DNA of 62,509 nt, counting the filler, from Chiloscyllium plagiosum (taxonomy: Eukaryota): NCBI RefSeq assembly GCF_004010195.1. It is 3 parts of one record of this genome, joined end to end, with 100 filler letters (N's around TTAATTAATTAA, not from the genome) between each part and the next. Parts side by side here need not be neighbours in the genome. Positions count along the whole stretch, not along the records: positions 41,072 to 62,509 come from NC_057717.1; 2 more parts are not named here. One strand, given 5' to 3'. The notes below the pieces were generated by a model. That model ran no database searches. It saw only the letters and a list, made by a program, of their open reading frames with translations, and was not told the DNA's origin. Positions 60,048-62,509 of this stretch are shown piece by piece. Each line of letters begins with the position of its first letter. Position 1 is the stretch's first letter. The position numbers and the translations under genes are program-made.

Positions 60048-61519
60048 GCAATCCCGTCTGGGACGGTAATTGTGTGGAACAGAGGGGATTCGGGTGCTGG
60101 TATCGGGTGCTGGTATCGGGTTTCCGAAAGTGTTCCCTGCACGCTGACCTCGATTGTCTTTCCACAGGACTGATAGCTCTTAGCCACTTCATTAAACTCA
60201 ACAACGCAATTGCCGACCTTAAATGCTGCACTTCGTCTGTTTACCGTGGCATTTCAGTGTCTCCTCTGAGCGGGCAAACGGACGGCGTTCCGCCTGCACG
60301 ACATTGTCTCGAAGCCGAGGCCGCGCTTGTCGAGTGATTCGATCCCTTCCTCACCTCGGAGGTCCCAGACGCAGAGCAGTCACCTGCAGGCAAGCAAAGA
60401 ATACACAAACAAAGACAAACAACAAACAAAACAACATGACAAAACACTGGTCAATTCCTCAAGGCTTCCCCAAGCTTGGCAATCAGCAATGTTTTCAATC
60501 CTAGATTTTACGTCTGCCCATCTTCCATTGTGCCTCAAGGAATGAGCCTTCAGCCTTAGACCAGGAGTTTGCAAATTTCGAAATTTAGAGACACTCTTTG
60601 CCCATTTTCTGTCTTGTCTCAGGGGATCAGCCTGCAGGCTCAGGTCAGGATTAAATCCTTAAACAAATGTACTAATTTAATCTGATAATTTCATTATTTT
60701 CTCTTGCCTCAGGGGCTCAGCATGCAGGCTCAGGTCAGAATCATTCCCTTAATCTTTTTTAGCATTTTGATTAGCTCCACACAATACTCACACTATCTCA
60801 AACATCAATTCAAGTTATTGAAGGCACTAATGCAAGATCCTGTAATGAAGGCGAAAATGCCAGTTGCTAAAAAAATCTCGAGAGACAGATTTCGAGCATC
60901 AATAATTTTATTCCACGCTGAATCATGGGAAGAGCCTCTGTCCTAAGCGTGGCTCAGTAGGACTCCGAAGTACAGCAAAAAGTTACAAGTCTGTACAAGA
61001 ACCAAAAACCAGGTTAAGACACAGGCTGACCGTTACTTACAAACTGTCAGGATGATCTCAGGAGTTACTCAAACAGGGGTTAGCTATCAGCATCAGCCCT
61101 ATCTAGTGCTACCTATAAACAACTGAGAACCGGAATGAAATTTATCAGGTAAAATACTGTTTACAGAGATCCGTTACACATGTTGGACAGATATCCACAA
61201 GCATTGTCAATAAACCATAAACTAATGCATGGAGCTAAGCATGTTCGAGTAACGAAGTTACATACCATCCCAATACATGACAGTGGGGAAACATTGAGCA
61301 GGCAAACCGAGGAGCCTTGAACAGAGAAACTGCATATTGACATTATCTCCTAGTGAGAGAGGAACTAAGCTATGCCCGGGATCCTGCGAGACAGACGCAC
61401 ACAGCGACATGCCAAGAACGATTGCTCTGCTTGTTGAGGGGCACTTCAGCAAAATAAATTCACTAACTGAGAGGAAAACCATAGCCAAGGAAATGTCTTC
61501 CACACTCTGGTTTCGTCTT

Positions 61520-62509
61520 TCCCCTAGTCTTCTGCTCTTATGTTTTGATTATCTTAATTGCTTATTCTCTTCTGTTTTTACTAAGATTTTGCATTGTTGC
61601 TATTCGCGTATTCCCTTCTTGATTACTCTTCCACGACCTTATTCTTTTCTTAAATCTGTTGTTTTTATTCTCTTCCTTTATTATTCTCTTCTATTCTTGT
61701 GTCTTACGTTATTGTCTCTTACCTTCTTCTCTTCATAATTTGTTATGTTCTTATTCTGTCATTCATATTTTTACTGAGTACCTGATGTTATTATTCTTTT
61801 ATGTTGATGTTCTGTTGGGTACTTCTCTTATATTATTTTGGTCTTATGTTCTTATGGACTTAGGTTCTTAGTATTTTCAGCGATTTCGATCTTTTGATCC
61901 GATTCTCCTCTGTTTTTATTCAGTCTGCTCTTCATTTCTTGTGTTGTTATCGTCTTGTATACTTATGTTGTTATACTCTCATTCTGTTTTATCGTTATGT
62001 TCTCATTCTGTTATGTTGTTATTAACTTACGTTCTTGTTTTCTTCTCCTCTTATGTACATATTTGTTATGTGCTCATTCTCATGTTCTATTATTGTCTGT
62101 TTTCTTCTTCTCATAATTATTTATTTTATCATTTGGCTTTTTTCTTACCCTCTTCTGATCTACTCTATTGTAATCGCATGCTCTTAATCCAAATATTTCT
62201 ATTCTTTTGTTCTCTCATTCTCTTAATGTCTTATTTCCTTATGCTCTTCTTGGCCTGTATTATTATTCACTTATGCTGTTTTGCATGCAATTAATTTTCT
62301 TATTCATGTGTTATTCCAATCGATTCGTACTGTCTTATGTTCTTACAATTTATTCTCTCATGTTCCTATCCTTTTATTCCCATATTCCCTTCTGCTCTTA
62401 TTCAATTACGACCTTATTGTCTTATATTCACATCCTCGTTTTCTTTTTCTTGGTTTCTGATCTTATTTTCTTATTCAATCATGATCCTATTCACTTATAT
62501 TCAGAATCT
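61520..62509. repeat. T-rich degenerate low-complexity repeat (TTATTCTC/TTATGTTC-like)
   Basis: Strong T/pyrimidine bias on the plus strand, with recurrent CTTATT, TTCTC and ATGTT words. Confidence 0.8.

Noticed and set aside
59438..60337. Long ORFs of 210-271 aa
   Set aside because: They only run through the 500-N gap
61337..62294. Hydrophobic L/F/Y/S-rich ORFs that look like membrane proteins
   Set aside because: These are a by-product of the T-rich low-complexity repeat

Overview
This is eukaryotic, repeat-dominated DNA from a cartilaginous fish, most likely a shark: it carries HE1-type SINEs and their CR1/HER1-type partner LINEs. I see no intact protein-coding gene, and nearly all listed ORFs are retroelement remnants or chance. 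Positions 1-41 kb are a graveyard of CR1, Rex/Babar, RTE and Penelope-like retroelements. They also hold a decayed class I (gamma/epsilon-like) endogenous retrovirus with pol and env-SU (5.5-10.1 kb, minus), a C2H2 zinc-finger pseudogene, and a decayed tRNA cluster (Leu, Arg-TCT, His x2, Ile-TAT x2, Ser, Asp). One tRNA-His is nearly intact. Positions 41.4-59.5 kb are an ~18-kb satellite built from a quasi-palindromic 27-bp monomer, with about eight variant monomers, ~12 orientation switches and a ~4.1-kb higher-order duplication. After a 500-N gap come a possible ERV-leader-like segment and a T-rich low-complexity tract. The strongest novelty candidate is a set of 110-220-bp insertions with clear target-site duplications, made almost entirely of a Penelope-type terminus carrying a minimal hammerhead ribozyme, whose 5' ends cluster inside the ribozyme. 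The second is the inversion-prone 27-bp satellite. All identities and boundaries are estimated by eye.
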